Positions 33,276 to 44,964 of a DNA stretch of 64,000 nt are shown here, one piece after another (the first letter of the stretch is position 1; the number at the start of each line of letters is the position of its first letter). The DNA is taken from the NCBI GenBank assembly GCA_027923505.1, contig BROI01000019.1, positions 62,001 through 126,000 on the forward strand, read 5' to 3'. Both the position numbers and the translations under genes were made by a program. Source of the DNA: Mayamaea pseudoterrestris. Taxonomy: Eukaryota. The notes under the pieces are model-generated. The model was given only the letters and a program-made list of their open reading frames with translations, searched no databases and was not told the origin of the DNA.

Positions 33276-35606
33276 TCACTTTCCTCCCTTGCCTCGCTTG
33301 AATGGATTCGAAAATGCAGGCATGGAAAATGGCTGCGCTTGTTGCTTGGCCTTTTCCTTGAGCTGCTTGGCCAGGCTACCATATTCACTAGCTCCTTCAT
33401 TCATGACAGTGGCCTTGTCACTCATTTCGTTAATTTCTTCTCCTCGTTGTTGCATGAGACGCATATTCTCAGCCATTTGCGCTTGAACGCGCTCCGTCTT
33501 GATGCGCTCCACTTCGGCAGCACGCTCCACTTCCAAAGCCTTGGCTTCCTTCTTTTCTTTTATGGTATCCTCAGTTGCTGCAACTCGACCAAACAACTCA
33601 GTCTTGTCCTTGCGCGCTTCGCGCTTGGCACCAAACTCCAGCAGCAACTGCACAATATCGTCATCTTCAACATCTTGAGCCATGCTCATGGGCGATTGGC
33701 GATCATCGCCGCCGAGCAAATTGGCATTTGCGCCCGCTTCCAGCAGTAACTTCACCGCAGCAGTATTGCCTCGTCGAATGGCATAGTGAAGCGGCGCGTA
33801 CTGATTGTAAACATCCAAATGGTTTAGCAAATCACGGTTCCGAACAATACCTTCGTCCTCTGCACCGCAAATGGCCAATGTAAACCAAGGAACCTGCACC
33901 AACGCGTACTGCCAGCCAATGTCAGTGTGTGGACGGCTCGAGTGTAGCGTATTTTGCACCAGCACCGTATGAAAGGCATCGAGCCAAGATTGCCATTGCA
34001 TTTCAGGTACAATTAAAATGAGCGACGACGAGCCTGTAGCTAATGGTTGCCGCAAATGAATTTGTAGCGCATTCAGTGCCAGCAAGGGAGTCACGTGATG
34101 AATCTGCTTCCATTCAACAACTTGGTGCAGCGTGTAAACAGCATTGTTTGTTGATGCATCAAGCACTGCTGATGCACATGATTTCGTCGCCAAAGCAAAA
34201 CCATGTGTAAGCAAGTATAACTGCATTGGTATATTTGTACTGCTTTCATTGTCAGACATGTTCGTGATCGAAGATTCCACATGCGTCACTAGGACCGTTC
34301 CATGTTCTGCTACTTCCACTGCATCCTCCGCCTGCGTCGGCGCCGAAGAAGTATCGACAGCCCGTTCCATTTCAGATCCTGTCATTGCCACCATTAATTC
34401 CACTGGATCTTGCTTGAGTAAGATGCTACTCGTCGCAAACGACTTGCCGGCGTGAGCCAAATTTCGCCAGTTTTGCTTGATTGATTCATGCACTCGTGGT
34501 TTAGCAAATATCTTCCACGACTTTTGTTCTGTCACTCCAATCTGCAACTCCAAATCTATTATCGCAGCTTGTTCGGCTGGAGATGGCTTGTAGTGAACAC
34601 TATATATTTCTGGTCGAGTGCATGGCTCGACAGAATTGGTAGACGACGTGGAGGAGGAGCGACTTGCGGCAGCCGCATGTTCCATCTTGACACCATCGCC
34701 CTGCACCATGACGCTTGCATCCAAATCAAAGTCTTCATCAATGTTCAAGTCTCCTAATTCCGCGCTGAGATCCTTTGGAATGTCAGGAGGAATTTCGGTA
34801 AGGCCCTCGTCGTTATTTTCCTTCACTACCGCTGCCGCATCATCATTAGCGGCGTCCGTAGATTGCTCAACATTTGCAACGACATTTTCGACATGCGCAG
34901 CCTCGTCATGACGCACCGTATCCTCATATACTGCCGCCGTCTGCGGCTTGTTCTTTTGCTGCTTGAAAGACCAACGACCGAGTAACTTCTTCTTGGTTGA
35001 CGGCGAGGCCGCGTCGAGTTGCGAAAACGACTCCTCCGTTTGCTCAATGGCTTCTTCTTCTGTGGAATCATTAGCATTTGCAATGTGTTCAGCTTCATCC
35101 TTGTCTCCATAGTCGTCATGGCCCATGCCGGCATTTCCTTGTTCCAGTGCAACATTTTCCGTGGTGGATAAAGGAGAGGCAATGGTTTTCTCCTCTTCAG
35201 CAGCAGCAATATTCGATTCAACAAAAGCCTCCTCTTCTACTGTCGCCTCCAGTTCAGCAGCCGGCGACTCTTTCATATCAGGGACATTATCAGTCACTTG
35301 TGACTGCAGTATGTCACTGCCTGGTTCGCAGTCGTCCTTGACGTTTGCCGCATTCAAAGTGGTCGTCTCATCATGTTCGTCCTTTCCCATCGCTGCAGCT
35401 ACTCCATCATTTTCCTCACCAATCAAGTCTTCATTTCCACTGACAACTGTCACTTGGACATTCATGGATGGCTGATGCTTCTTCTTTTTGTGTTTCCTGT
35501 TTTGTTCGAGCTCCACGGCCGTCGCTTCGACGGCATCCTCAACGGACGTTGCTACCTGCTTCGAGTCGTCCACATTGACTGCTTCAGTCGCTTCGTCTTC
35601 TGACAT
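33276..35606 (-). CDS. Ankyrin-repeat protein with a C-terminal R-SNARE (synaptobrevin-like) motif and no TM anchor
   Basis: PLHYAIRRGNTAAVKLLLEAGANAN ankyrin repeat; MAENMRLMQQRGEEINEMSDKA R-SNARE helix; acidic N-terminus. Confidence 0.75.
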   Translation of the reverse strand: MSEDEATEAVNVDDSKQVATSVEDAVEATAVELEQNRKHKKKKHQPSMNVQVTVVSGNEDLIGEENDGVAAAMGKDEHDETTTLNAANVKDDCEPGSDILQSQVTDNVPDMKESPAAELEATVEEEAFVESNIAAAEEEKTIASPLSTTENVALEQGNAGMGHDDYGDKDEAEHIANANDSTEEEAIEQTEESFSQLDAASPSTKKKLLGRWSFKQQKNKPQTAAVYEDTVRHDEAAHVENVVANVEQSTDAANDDAAAVVKENNDEGLTEIPPDIPKDLSAELGDLNIDEDFDLDASVMVQGDGVKMEHAAAASRSSSTSSTNSVEPCTRPEIYSVHYKPSPAEQAAIIDLELQIGVTEQKSWKIFAKPRVHESIKQNWRNLAHAGKSFATSSILLKQDPVELMVAMTGSEMERAVDTSSAPTQAEDAVEVAEHGTVLVTHVESSITNMSDNESSTNIPMQLYLLTHGFALATKSCASAVLDASTNNAVYTLHQVVEWKQIHHVTPLLALNALQIHLRQPLATGSSSLILIVPEMQWQSWLDAFHTVLVQNTLHSSRPHTDIGWQYALVQVPWFTLAICGAEDEGIVRNRDLLNHLDVYNQYAPLHYAIRRGNTAAVKLLLEAGANANLLGGDDRQSPMSMAQDVEDDDIVQLLLEFGAKREARKDKTELFGRVAATEDTIKEKKEAKALEVERAAEVERIKTERVQAQMAENMRLMQQRGEEINEMSDKATVMNEGASEYGSLAKQLKEKAKQQAQPFSMPAFSNPFKRGKGGK

Positions 35607-36190
35607 GATATTGCGTAACAACTATATTTTGAGACGAGGGACTAGTGTGAATGTTCTCGCTGGACCATTTAGGATTAGTTGGCCTCCTTCGTCCGCTTGA
35701 CGTTGTTTCGTTCGATGGCTGAAAAAGCGAAACGGATCCCGGCGAAGGCGCGGCAAGCGAAACGGCTGCCAGCTATAACCGGTAAGACGCAATTTATAAC
35801 CGCTATGACACTAAGTAAGACAGCTCCGCGGGATGAGAGACCGTTCGCAAACTTGTACGAGTGAACCATATTATATTCCATGTAAAGCAGTTCAGCTACC
35901 GGTAGTGCTATTGCGCATTCAAACCGTGCCATGCTGCTTGTCATGCGCTGGTCAGCTGCTGGTAGCTAACATGTCCGTTGAAAATCACGATGCGACATTC
36001 AATCTTGCATGCGACGCCATCCGAGCCCGCGCCGCAACGTCGCGGTCCATGGCAGCGTCCATGAATCGAAACGAAGAAACTGCTTGACGACTTGATGCGT
36101 CCATTGACAACTAGAGTAATTGCCACAACAGCCGCATCCATCCATCCAATCGTTTAACGAACCCATTGATCCAAGGATCAGTAATTAAAA

Positions 36191-39100
36191 ATGGCGTCTA
36201 CCAATGATGGTATTCCGCAGCAACATGTGGCCGACGCCATGGCTGAGGTCGGACTCTATGATGATGCTGATCCCTCGACAACACGAAACAATCGCCGGCA
36301 GCCCCAAGTCGTTCCGGACATGGAAGCGACGGATGAGAGTGGCGAGTTGGTGCGGCAGCGGTTCTTGCAGTTTCTGAGCGACTAGTAAGTGTGTTGACGA
36401 ATGAAATTGTGCAGCGCATGACGAATGAAGAGTGTATATACTGAAGAGTGCAGGGAGCGACATGAATACGAGGAGAGCAAGGGAGATTTGAATGACGAGA
36501 GGATTAGTCGTGAGCCGAAAGAGAGGATGGATGAGTCGCTGGAGGCTACGAATGGAGGTCATCAACCCGGAGTCTGCTGTCGTTATTTTCGTTCGTTTGT
36601 TGATCAGCAAGGAGAGAAGAGAAGGACCGAGTAACGATTGAGCACTGAATGTTTAATGATGACTCGTATTGCTTCTTCTGCCTGATTGTCTTTATATTAC
36701 TCATCTCCCATCCTCGTTGCTTTTTTGCAGTCGCGAGCAAGTCCAAGCCGATGCAGCAGCAAGCAGCAACCAACGAGCCAACGACAATGCCAGTGACCCG
36801 CAGCAGCAGCAAGAGACGCGCTTTATCTACCCATACGTGGAGCAGGCGCAGCAAATGGCCAAGCGTCAGTTGCAGCGGCGTTCCATGAGTCCCGACGACG
36901 ACGAAGACAATGTCGAACATGCGCATGACATGAATGCTCCCAAACAATCCGTTTTTGCCAATACACTGTTCATTGACTTTACGCACGTGACGTTGCACGA
37001 CTTGGAACTGGCGGAAGCCTTGCAGTCCGACTATGCTCGCTTTGAACCATTCTTGAGACGCGCCATTGCTAGTTTTGTCGTGGAGCTCGTTCCACAGCTG
37101 GATCTCGTGCAAAATAGCGGAGGATCATTAGGCGATCAAAACAAGCACTACTACTTTTGCGCCATTTACAACGTTTCCTCCATGCTGCATGTGCGCAGTT
37201 TGCGGACCGATCGCATTGGCCAATTGGTCGGACTGACGGGAACAGTGACGCGAACCTCGGACGTTCGACCCGAGCTACTGGTGGGAAGCTTTCGCTGCCA
37301 GCTCTGCGGATTGGTGGCCGACTCCATTGTCCAGCAGTATCACTACACGCGTCCAACACTTTGTCGCAACCCTGGCTGCAAGCGACTGGCGAGTGCGAAA
37401 CAGTTTGTACTCGAGACGTCGCGATCCGAGTTTGTCGACTGGCAAAAATTGCGCGTGCAGGAACATTCCGATGATATTCCGCCTGGTAGCATGCCGAGAA
37501 GCATGGATGTTATCGTCAGAAACGAAATGGTGGAAAGAGCCAAGGCGGGTGACAAGTGCATCTTTGTCGGAAGCTTGGTGGTCATTCCGGATGGATCGGC
37601 CCTCGCAAGGTCGGGAGAGGCACCTCGATCCATGCGGCGTGGTGGCGGTGGAAATGATGCGGCAGCTGGAGGCGGTGGAGGAGTTGGTGGACTCAAGGCA
37701 CTTGGCGTCAGGGAGTTGACATATCGAACCTGTTTTGTGGCCAATTGCGTCTTGCCTATCGACGCCATGGCGCGCATTGCTGGGGCCAACTCGCAGGCGA
37801 TTGCCAGCATGCTCTTTGGCTCGCAGAGTTTGGAGAATCATGAACCAAGCTCGGAAGAAGTTGTCATGGAACTGACGCGAGAGCAGCGCGAAGATGTACG
37901 ACAAATGCGAGCAAACCCGAGGCTGTACGAGCAAATGGTTGAGTCTATTTGTCCGAGTACCTTTGGCCATCGCGAGGTCAAAAAGGGAATCTTGCTAATG
38001 CTGCTTGGCGGAGTGCACAAGACAACAATGGAAGGCATCAAATTGCGTGGGGACATTAACGTTTGCATCGTCGGTGACCCATCGGTTGCCAAGTCGCAGT
38101 TTTTAAAGTATGTGCATGGATTTTTGCCGAACCGTACCGTCTACACGTCGGGAAAGGCTTCTTCGGCTGCAGGTCTGACGGCGGCGGTCCAAAGAGACCG
38201 AGACACTGGCGAGTACTGCATTGAAGCTGGAGCTTTGATGCTTGCCGACAATGGAATTTGCTGCATTGACGAATTTGACAAGATGGATGTTCATGATCAA
38301 GTAGCAATTCACGAGGCCATGGAACAGCAAACCATTAGCATCACTAAGGCTGGTATTCAGGCCACACTGAATGCCCGAGCAAGTATTCTCGCCGCGGCAA
38401 ATCCAATCTACGGGCGCTACGACCGCACCAAGACACTCAAAGCAAATGTTGCACTCTCCGCGCCCATTCTTAGTCGGTTCGACTTGTTCTTTGTAGTTTT
38501 GGACGAATGCAACCCCGACTCGGACCGCCAAGTAGCTGCGCATATTCTCAAGGTACACGTTTGCGAGGATGAAGCTGTCAAGACCCCTTACACCAAGGAA
38601 CAAATGCAGCGGTACATTCGGTTTGCCCGGACAATTCATCCCAAAATTACTGAAGAAAGCCAGCGCGTTCTAGTTGACTGCTACCGCAAGCTTCGTCAAG
38701 GCGACACGCTTGGCCGGAGTCGAACAGCTTATCGCATCACTGTGCGCCAACTTGAGTCCATGATCCGTCTGTCGGAAGCGATTGCGAGACTGCACTGCGA
38801 CGAAACAATTCAGCCAGCTTACGTTCGCGAAGCATTTCGCCTGCTCAAAACAAGCATTATTCAAGTGGAAACATCGGACGTTGATGTGGACGACGAGGAA
38901 GATGGCGACAACGATGGACATGATGACGGCGGCGGCGATGATGGTAATGATGAGGATGGTGGAGCAGGCATGCCGGCTAGGGATCATCACCATCCAGGCG
39001 AGTACGATTACGAAATGCAGGAGAGCGATGCACAGCCACACCATGAATGTGATGAGCCAGTCAAAGACAGTGATAACAAGACCATGGGCGACAGCTCAGT

Positions 39101-39467
39101 TGCCAAGCCTGGTGGCGGCAAGAAGAAAAAGACCAAGGTTTCTTTTGAAGAATACGAGGCGATTGCAAATGCCTTGGCGACTCACTTGCGCTCGTTGGAG
39201 CGTGACGAGGAACTTAATGACCAAGGTGGCGATCAAGTTGCTTCACTACTGAAATGGAAGGATGTTGTAAATTGGTATTTGGAGCAAGTGGAGCAGGACA
39301 TTGGCGACTCTTTGGAACTTTTGGACGAGATGCGAAAAAAACTTAACCTGGTGATCCGTCGTTTGATCAACGTCGACAATATATTAGTCATTGTCGGTGA
39401 GCAACCCAAGAATAAACGTCATGAGCAAGAGGTGCTACTTGCCGTTCATCCCAATTATGAGCTATAA
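36191..39467 (+). CDS. MCM6: DNA replication licensing factor MCM6, 2 exons
   Basis: Exons 36191-36384 and 36731-39467 (intron GTAAGT..GCAG). Zn finger, Walker A GDPSVAKSQFL, IDEFDKM, SRFD arginine finger, YRITVRQLESMIRLSEA. Confidence 0.93.
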
Positions 39468-39970
39468 AGTACTGTTACAGAATGTGTAGCATTTCAGTAA
39501 CATACAATTTTGCAGTCAATGGCATTTCTGCCGCTACACGCTACCATCCAGCTATCCTTGAAAGAATGAAAAGGCAAGCTTTCTTTAGTTGAAAGCAGCC
39601 TTGAAAATTTTGAGAGCTTGATCAAGCTTCTTCGACGCGGGGATCTGTGATCCTGTCAATCCAGCATCGCCATCAGCAGATTGGAAGAAAACAACTACCA
39701 ATGGAGCGCCCACATACGCTTGTTACGTCGACAATGAATTTGTGAGCGCTGTGCAATTGCATCTCATTGTGGTGGTCAAGTTTATCATTTAGTACGTATG
39801 GTATGCACCGAAGCGAGTACGTTTAGCATGTTTCCCATCGATCTCCATTTTGGATCGGAAGCGGCAGCAAAGTTCGCAAACCGACACGACGATCGGCGAG
39901 CCGGCAGCAATACAATGTTTCTAGCGTGCTCGTTGTCGTGTTACTTGACTGCTTGTATGCAAGAAGATAA

Positions 39971-40993
39971 ATGGTTTACGTCGCGCGAGCAATGACCAAA
40001 TCCATGAGCATACGTTCAATTCATTATTCTTTTTTGCGAAAAATCAAATATTGTCGTGCGCGTTGGCACTACCACCATTCGGCTTCGTTTGGAAGCACAG
40101 CTCATTGTCAGTCCAAGTGTGCAGCCGACAATACTGCAGCGGAGATCAAGTCACATCGCGCTGAAATGGACCCGACTATCGCAGCCGCAGGAGAAGTATC
40201 GCCAAGAAGGGTATTCAGGAACCGTCCCGGCAGAAACAACTACCTAAAGGTCAATCTTGACGAGTCGACTATCAAACGACTGTATCAGATTATGAGGCAA
40301 CTATATGATGAGCTGAAAGCGCCCGCAGCGCAACAAGATATGCGTTCAGTAAATGTTGCAAGCGGTTCCGCAAGTGTCCAAAAATCATTGAGCATCAAGG
40401 TCAGATCGCCCAAGTCTCTTCATATGACGCTTCTTTTTGGTGGCGAGACCTTTGCCGAGCTGTCTCCAGGGGAGCTGCAAGACTTTTATAGCGGCGTCGC
40501 GATGGAAATGAATCGCCGCGGCCTGATGCAGGGAGATGGTGATTACAATGACGTTATTAGTAGCCATTTTAAATCTAAAAGCAACAATGACAATGCCATG
40601 TCAGTTCTACCAGTGACCAGAGCAAGCTCCTTTACGATTCAGGAGTTATGTTTATTTCCACCGCGACGAAACAATCTCATTGTGGCCATGCTCGTCGCGC
40701 CGCGGGAATGGATGCAACTTTACGACTCGTTGCGCAATGTGGCACTTTGCTCGAGCTCGCCGTTGCTCAAGGAACTTGCCAGTGATTACAACAAGCCAAT
40801 GTGGCTTCCACATGTCACCTTGGCGAATGTACATGGTGGGACAAGTGCAGATCGCGACGCACTGAGGCGAAAGCTAAAGCAAGTGAGTGACGAGCTGCAT
40901 GGCTTGCAGGCGACTCCATTTGGTGTCAGCTTGGGCGGTCCTGTGCCAGAGCAAGTCAAGCTGGATTGGGAGTTTAACATAAGGGCTACATAG
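39971..40993 (+). CDS. 2H phosphoesterase family protein (LigT/cyclic phosphodiesterase-like)
   Basis: Two HxT motifs, LHMTL and PHVTL, about 130 aa apart. Confidence 0.75.
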   Translation: MVYVARAMTKSMSIRSIHYSFLRKIKYCRARWHYHHSASFGSTAHCQSKCAADNTAAEIKSHRAEMDPTIAAAGEVSPRRVFRNRPGRNNYLKVNLDESTIKRLYQIMRQLYDELKAPAAQQDMRSVNVASGSASVQKSLSIKVRSPKSLHMTLLFGGETFAELSPGELQDFYSGVAMEMNRRGLMQGDGDYNDVISSHFKSKSNNDNAMSVLPVTRASSFTIQELCLFPPRRNNLIVAMLVAPREWMQLYDSLRNVALCSSSPLLKELASDYNKPMWLPHVTLANVHGGTSADRDALRRKLKQVSDELHGLQATPFGVSLGGPVPEQVKLDWEFNIRAT

Positions 40994-41104
40994 CTGTGGT
41001 TACATGATAATATGTCGGGTAAAGTAGTAGCTACGAACAACGAAAGGTAAATCCTACCGGTACTCGGCGCGGGAATTTGAGCCAAAATCGTACCGGTACT
41101 CAAG

Positions 41105-42400
41105 ATGTTTCGATGTCACGCTTCGTCCCACATCACCATGGCGGCAGCTTCCTTGGCAGCCTCGCAAAGGCATGCTATGCGCTTGGTTCCTTACTCTTTA
41201 CTCCAACGAAGCAAAGCAAGCTTTAGAAGTGCCAGAAGAGAAATGTCGGATGATGCGATGGTCGACGCTTCAAGTGACTATAGAAACAGCAGCAGCAGCA
41301 GCAGCAGCAGCATGATCATGACGGAACCAATCCACATTCTCGGCGCTGGAAGCATTGGCTTGCTGCTCGCAGCGTCAATTCGATTGGCCTATCCGAGTTA
41401 TCCAGTGCAGCTGCTAGTTCGAGACCGACAATTGTATCGCAGCATTTTGGAAAATAGCAAGACAGTTACCGTTTGTTTGCGGGGTGCTGCAGAATCAAAC
41501 AATACAAGCAAAGATGCAACTATGCGACATAGACGACCACAGCCTCGACTTGTTGACGTTCCAGCGCAAATCATTGAACCGCAATCACCAAGCGCACTGC
41601 AACGTCCATTGCGAAACTTGATCGTAGCGACCAAGGCGTGGCAAGCCGTTGATGCTGTCGCATCGGTGCGCCATCGGCTCAACTCGTCCTCCAAAGTCAT
41701 TATTTTGTGCAATGGCTCCTTGGCCGTCAAGGAGGAACTGCAACAAGCCATGCGTGAGTGGAGTCATGATGATACAGCTGCTAGTGCTTCGGCTCCATTT
41801 GCTGGAAACCAGCAGTTGCATTTGGCTTGGACTTCGCACGGAGCCTATCGCGAAGAACATGAACCAACTGATCCAGACGACTACATATTTCACGTAGTGC
41901 ATGCCGGTCACGGTCAGCTTGTTTTGGAAGACAACCTTGGCTTGGCCAATTTGCTGCATCAGACGGGTCTCAACGCGACGAGTGTATCGTTTGCCACAAT
42001 CGTCTCTCAACTGTGGGGCAAGCTGGCGGCCAATTGCGTCATTAATCCATTTACAGCTCTGCACAAGTGTCGGAACGGAGAGTTGCTGGAAATGAAGAAT
42101 CGCGGTGAGCATGGCATTGATAGGACGATGCGAAAATTGATTAGTGAAATTGCTCAAGTGGCGCAGGCTGCCCAAGTAAACGGAAGCGGCTTGTCCAGTG
42201 CGGAGCTCGAAGACTTTTGCCTGCAAGTCATGCGTGACACTGCCAACAACAAGTCGAGCATGCTACAGGATGTATTGGCGGGGCAGCCGACGGAAATTGA
42301 TTACATGAATGGATATATAGTGCAGCGAGGACAAGCGTTGGGGATTCCGTGTCCAGCAAACGAGCTGCTTGTCAAGCAAGTAGGCGAGTTGCTGCAATGA
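41105..42400 (+). CDS. panE: 2-dehydropantoate 2-reductase (ketopantoate reductase, PanE/ApbA)
   Basis: GAGSIG Rossmann motif, ATKAWQ, LCNG, KLAANCVINP, SSMLQD, EIDYMNG. Confidence 0.88.
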   Translation: MFRCHASSHITMAAASLAASQRHAMRLVPYSLLQRSKASFRSARREMSDDAMVDASSDYRNSSSSSSSSMIMTEPIHILGAGSIGLLLAASIRLAYPSYPVQLLVRDRQLYRSILENSKTVTVCLRGAAESNNTSKDATMRHRRPQPRLVDVPAQIIEPQSPSALQRPLRNLIVATKAWQAVDAVASVRHRLNSSSKVIILCNGSLAVKEELQQAMREWSHDDTAASASAPFAGNQQLHLAWTSHGAYREEHEPTDPDDYIFHVVHAGHGQLVLEDNLGLANLLHQTGLNATSVSFATIVSQLWGKLAANCVINPFTALHKCRNGELLEMKNRGEHGIDRTMRKLISEIAQVAQAAQVNGSGLSSAELEDFCLQVMRDTANNKSSMLQDVLAGQPTEIDYMNGYIVQRGQALGIPCPANELLVKQVGELLQ

Positions 42401-42874
42401 TGTAAAAATTTACGACGACTAAAATACAATGTAGAAGTAACAACGCACAACAGAACCAATTTAAAACATGATACTCTACTCCTACATAGGCGACTAGCCC
42501 GTACATCTTCTCATCTTGATTCGAATCTTCCATTACCACAATTACAACGGCGGTGGCGGCGTTGTACACATGATTCTCCAATTCAGTCTTTCAACCAAAC
42601 TAAAGAGTAATGACGCGGCTGCCAAAATAAGATAGGCAGCGACGACCAATTACCAGCCCGTACGGAACCGACCATAGATGCACATCCAACGCTATTATGA
42701 AACTAGCGCGACCGTGTCGCAACGCAGCAATAAAACAAACAGAAACAAGACAAGAAATGAAACAATACAAGAAACCAAACGCCAAAAGTAGATGCAAAGT
42801 CAAGAATCGGCAACGTAGTAACAAGAACACGCATTCTCCAACCAAACCAACATCAACCAAGCTCCTTTCGGAAC

Positions 42875-44676
42875 TTAGAATCCAAAGGCACCGACGCCGC
42901 CCTCCCTAGTCTCCTTGAGGAACGACTCGTAAAACTGGAAGATGATCGTGACACTCAACAAGATACCCGTTCCGGTTCCAATCGCTCCCATGAAATCAGC
43001 CATGACCGACAATGCGCCAATGCACATGCCTCCAAAGGCCGCCGCCGTGGGAATGTAACGGTTGAGTACGTGAATGAGGGCCGAGTCGCGGTGACCCTTC
43101 ATGACCATTTGGTTGTCGCGAAGCTGCTTGGCAACGTCGCGGGCCGAGGCACCGGAAACTTCAATCCACGTTTTGGAGAACAAGGCGCAGGCCGTCAAGA
43201 TGAAGGTCAAGTAAAAGACGGCATGGAATGGATCGTAAATGATCTCGGCAAACGAGAGTGGCGGCGAAATGTAGTAACTGTGAATTAATGGGGGTGTGAA
43301 TAATGGTATGAGATGAATGCGTTGCACCTTTAAAAAAAGTACGAAAGACAGCACACTTACGCAATGCCTCCCACTGGAACCTTTTGACCCGCCGATCCCT
43401 CCAAATCCTGCCACTTTCCAAGCAGTCGCACAAGCACATTGGTCGGAGCGCGATTGTACAAGAGCTGCGACACAAAGTACAAGTTGGAAACCAAGGCCGT
43501 CTGCAAGATAATGGGCATGTTGGACGTGTAAAAGAGCTTGATTGGGTAGTTGCCCTCCTGTCCGCGGTACTTTTGGTACTTGACCGGCAAATTGACGCGC
43601 CATCCTTGAAAGTAAATGACAATGACAAAGATCAAGACCGTCGCCATGAGATTGGTCAAGTTGGGCAAGTTTTGGCGATACAGTGCCTCCTTCAAGGCGC
43701 GCACCTTGTCGGTGCGCGTGATGAGCAAGTGAAAGAGGGCAATGACGGCGCCTTCAAACTCGGTACCACGACCAGTGTTGATGGTTGTTGGCGAAAAGGC
43801 CTTCCACACAATGGTTTCGCAAATGTTTGTCGCAATAAAGAGCGAAATACCCGATCCAAGACCATAACCCTTTTGAAGCAACTCATCGAGCGTCAAAACA
43901 ATGAGTCCCGAGCAAAAGAGCTGCATAATGATCAAAATGGCGTTACCCGCTCCAATGCTTCCAATGTCTCCATACATGCCCGAAACAACGTAGGCAATGG
44001 CTTCACCAACGGTGATCAAAATGCCAAACAGCTTTTGCGCCCCGCTAAAGAGAGCGCGATCCTCCTTGACATTGTAATCGACTTCAATAATTCTTGAACC
44101 AGCGAGCAACTGCATGACCATGCCCGATGTAACAATGGGACTGATACCGAGCTCCATCAAGGTGCCGCGGTTACTTGCCATGATCTGCGATGCGAAAAAA
44201 GGAGGTTACAGTCAGTCGAGGTTCAATGATGCATGCATACAAGTCTTGACCATGGCATTGCTAAAAAAGATGTAGCATTCAAACATACAATGCGACTCCT
44301 CAAACAATCTCAATCTTGATCATTTTATAACTATTACTTACAACTCTCATCCAGTAGAATGGGTCCGATGACTTGGCAGTCTGAACACCATACAATGGAA
44401 TCTGGCAGCACACCAAAAAGATAAAGAGGGTAATGCTCGTCCAAAGCAACTTTTCGCGAAAGGGAATCTGCGTATAAAGATAGACATATACGAGTGAGTG
44501 GCATGCTATTTCTCACAAGAAACAAGGGTTGCTTCATAGAGGAAATGACTCGCAATCCAATGACTGCATCGGCACTTGTGCTCGTTGTCTGCTATCATCA
44601 TGCGCACCTTGCGATCCGGACTGGCGACCTCGGGGAGGACGCACATGACGGGACGAATCAAGTGAAGGAACCTCAT
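42875..44676 (-). CDS. SEC61A: Protein transport protein Sec61 subunit alpha, 4 exons
   Basis: Exons 44676-44608, 44467-44342, 44184-43361 and 43277-42875, all joined by GT-AG introns in frame. Motifs [36 protein letters not shown]. Confidence 0.97.
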
Positions 44677-44964
44677 GGCTACTACTACAAAAACAACTGC
44701 AGTAACAACAGCAAGATCAATAAACAATCTGATGCGGACCGTTGCTCGTTGTGGATGATGAGTGTTTGGCTGCGCGAAACGTGAGGCTGGAAAATCGTCA
44801 AGTACCGAAGCGACGACAAGACTCGCCAAGTCACGAGTCGAGCGAAGCCGCGCGTTTCGTTGCACTTGGAGGATCGCGACGACCGCGATGGACGACGAAA
44901 CATCACGCATCGACCGACCTTCCAAGCCTCAGTTACTATATACCGCAATTGCTTCCTTATCACA

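Noticed and set aside
36385..36730. snoRNA in the unusually long MCM6 intron
   Set aside because: The C-box-like ATGATGA and the nearest downstream CTGA are only about 25 nt apart with no terminal stem.
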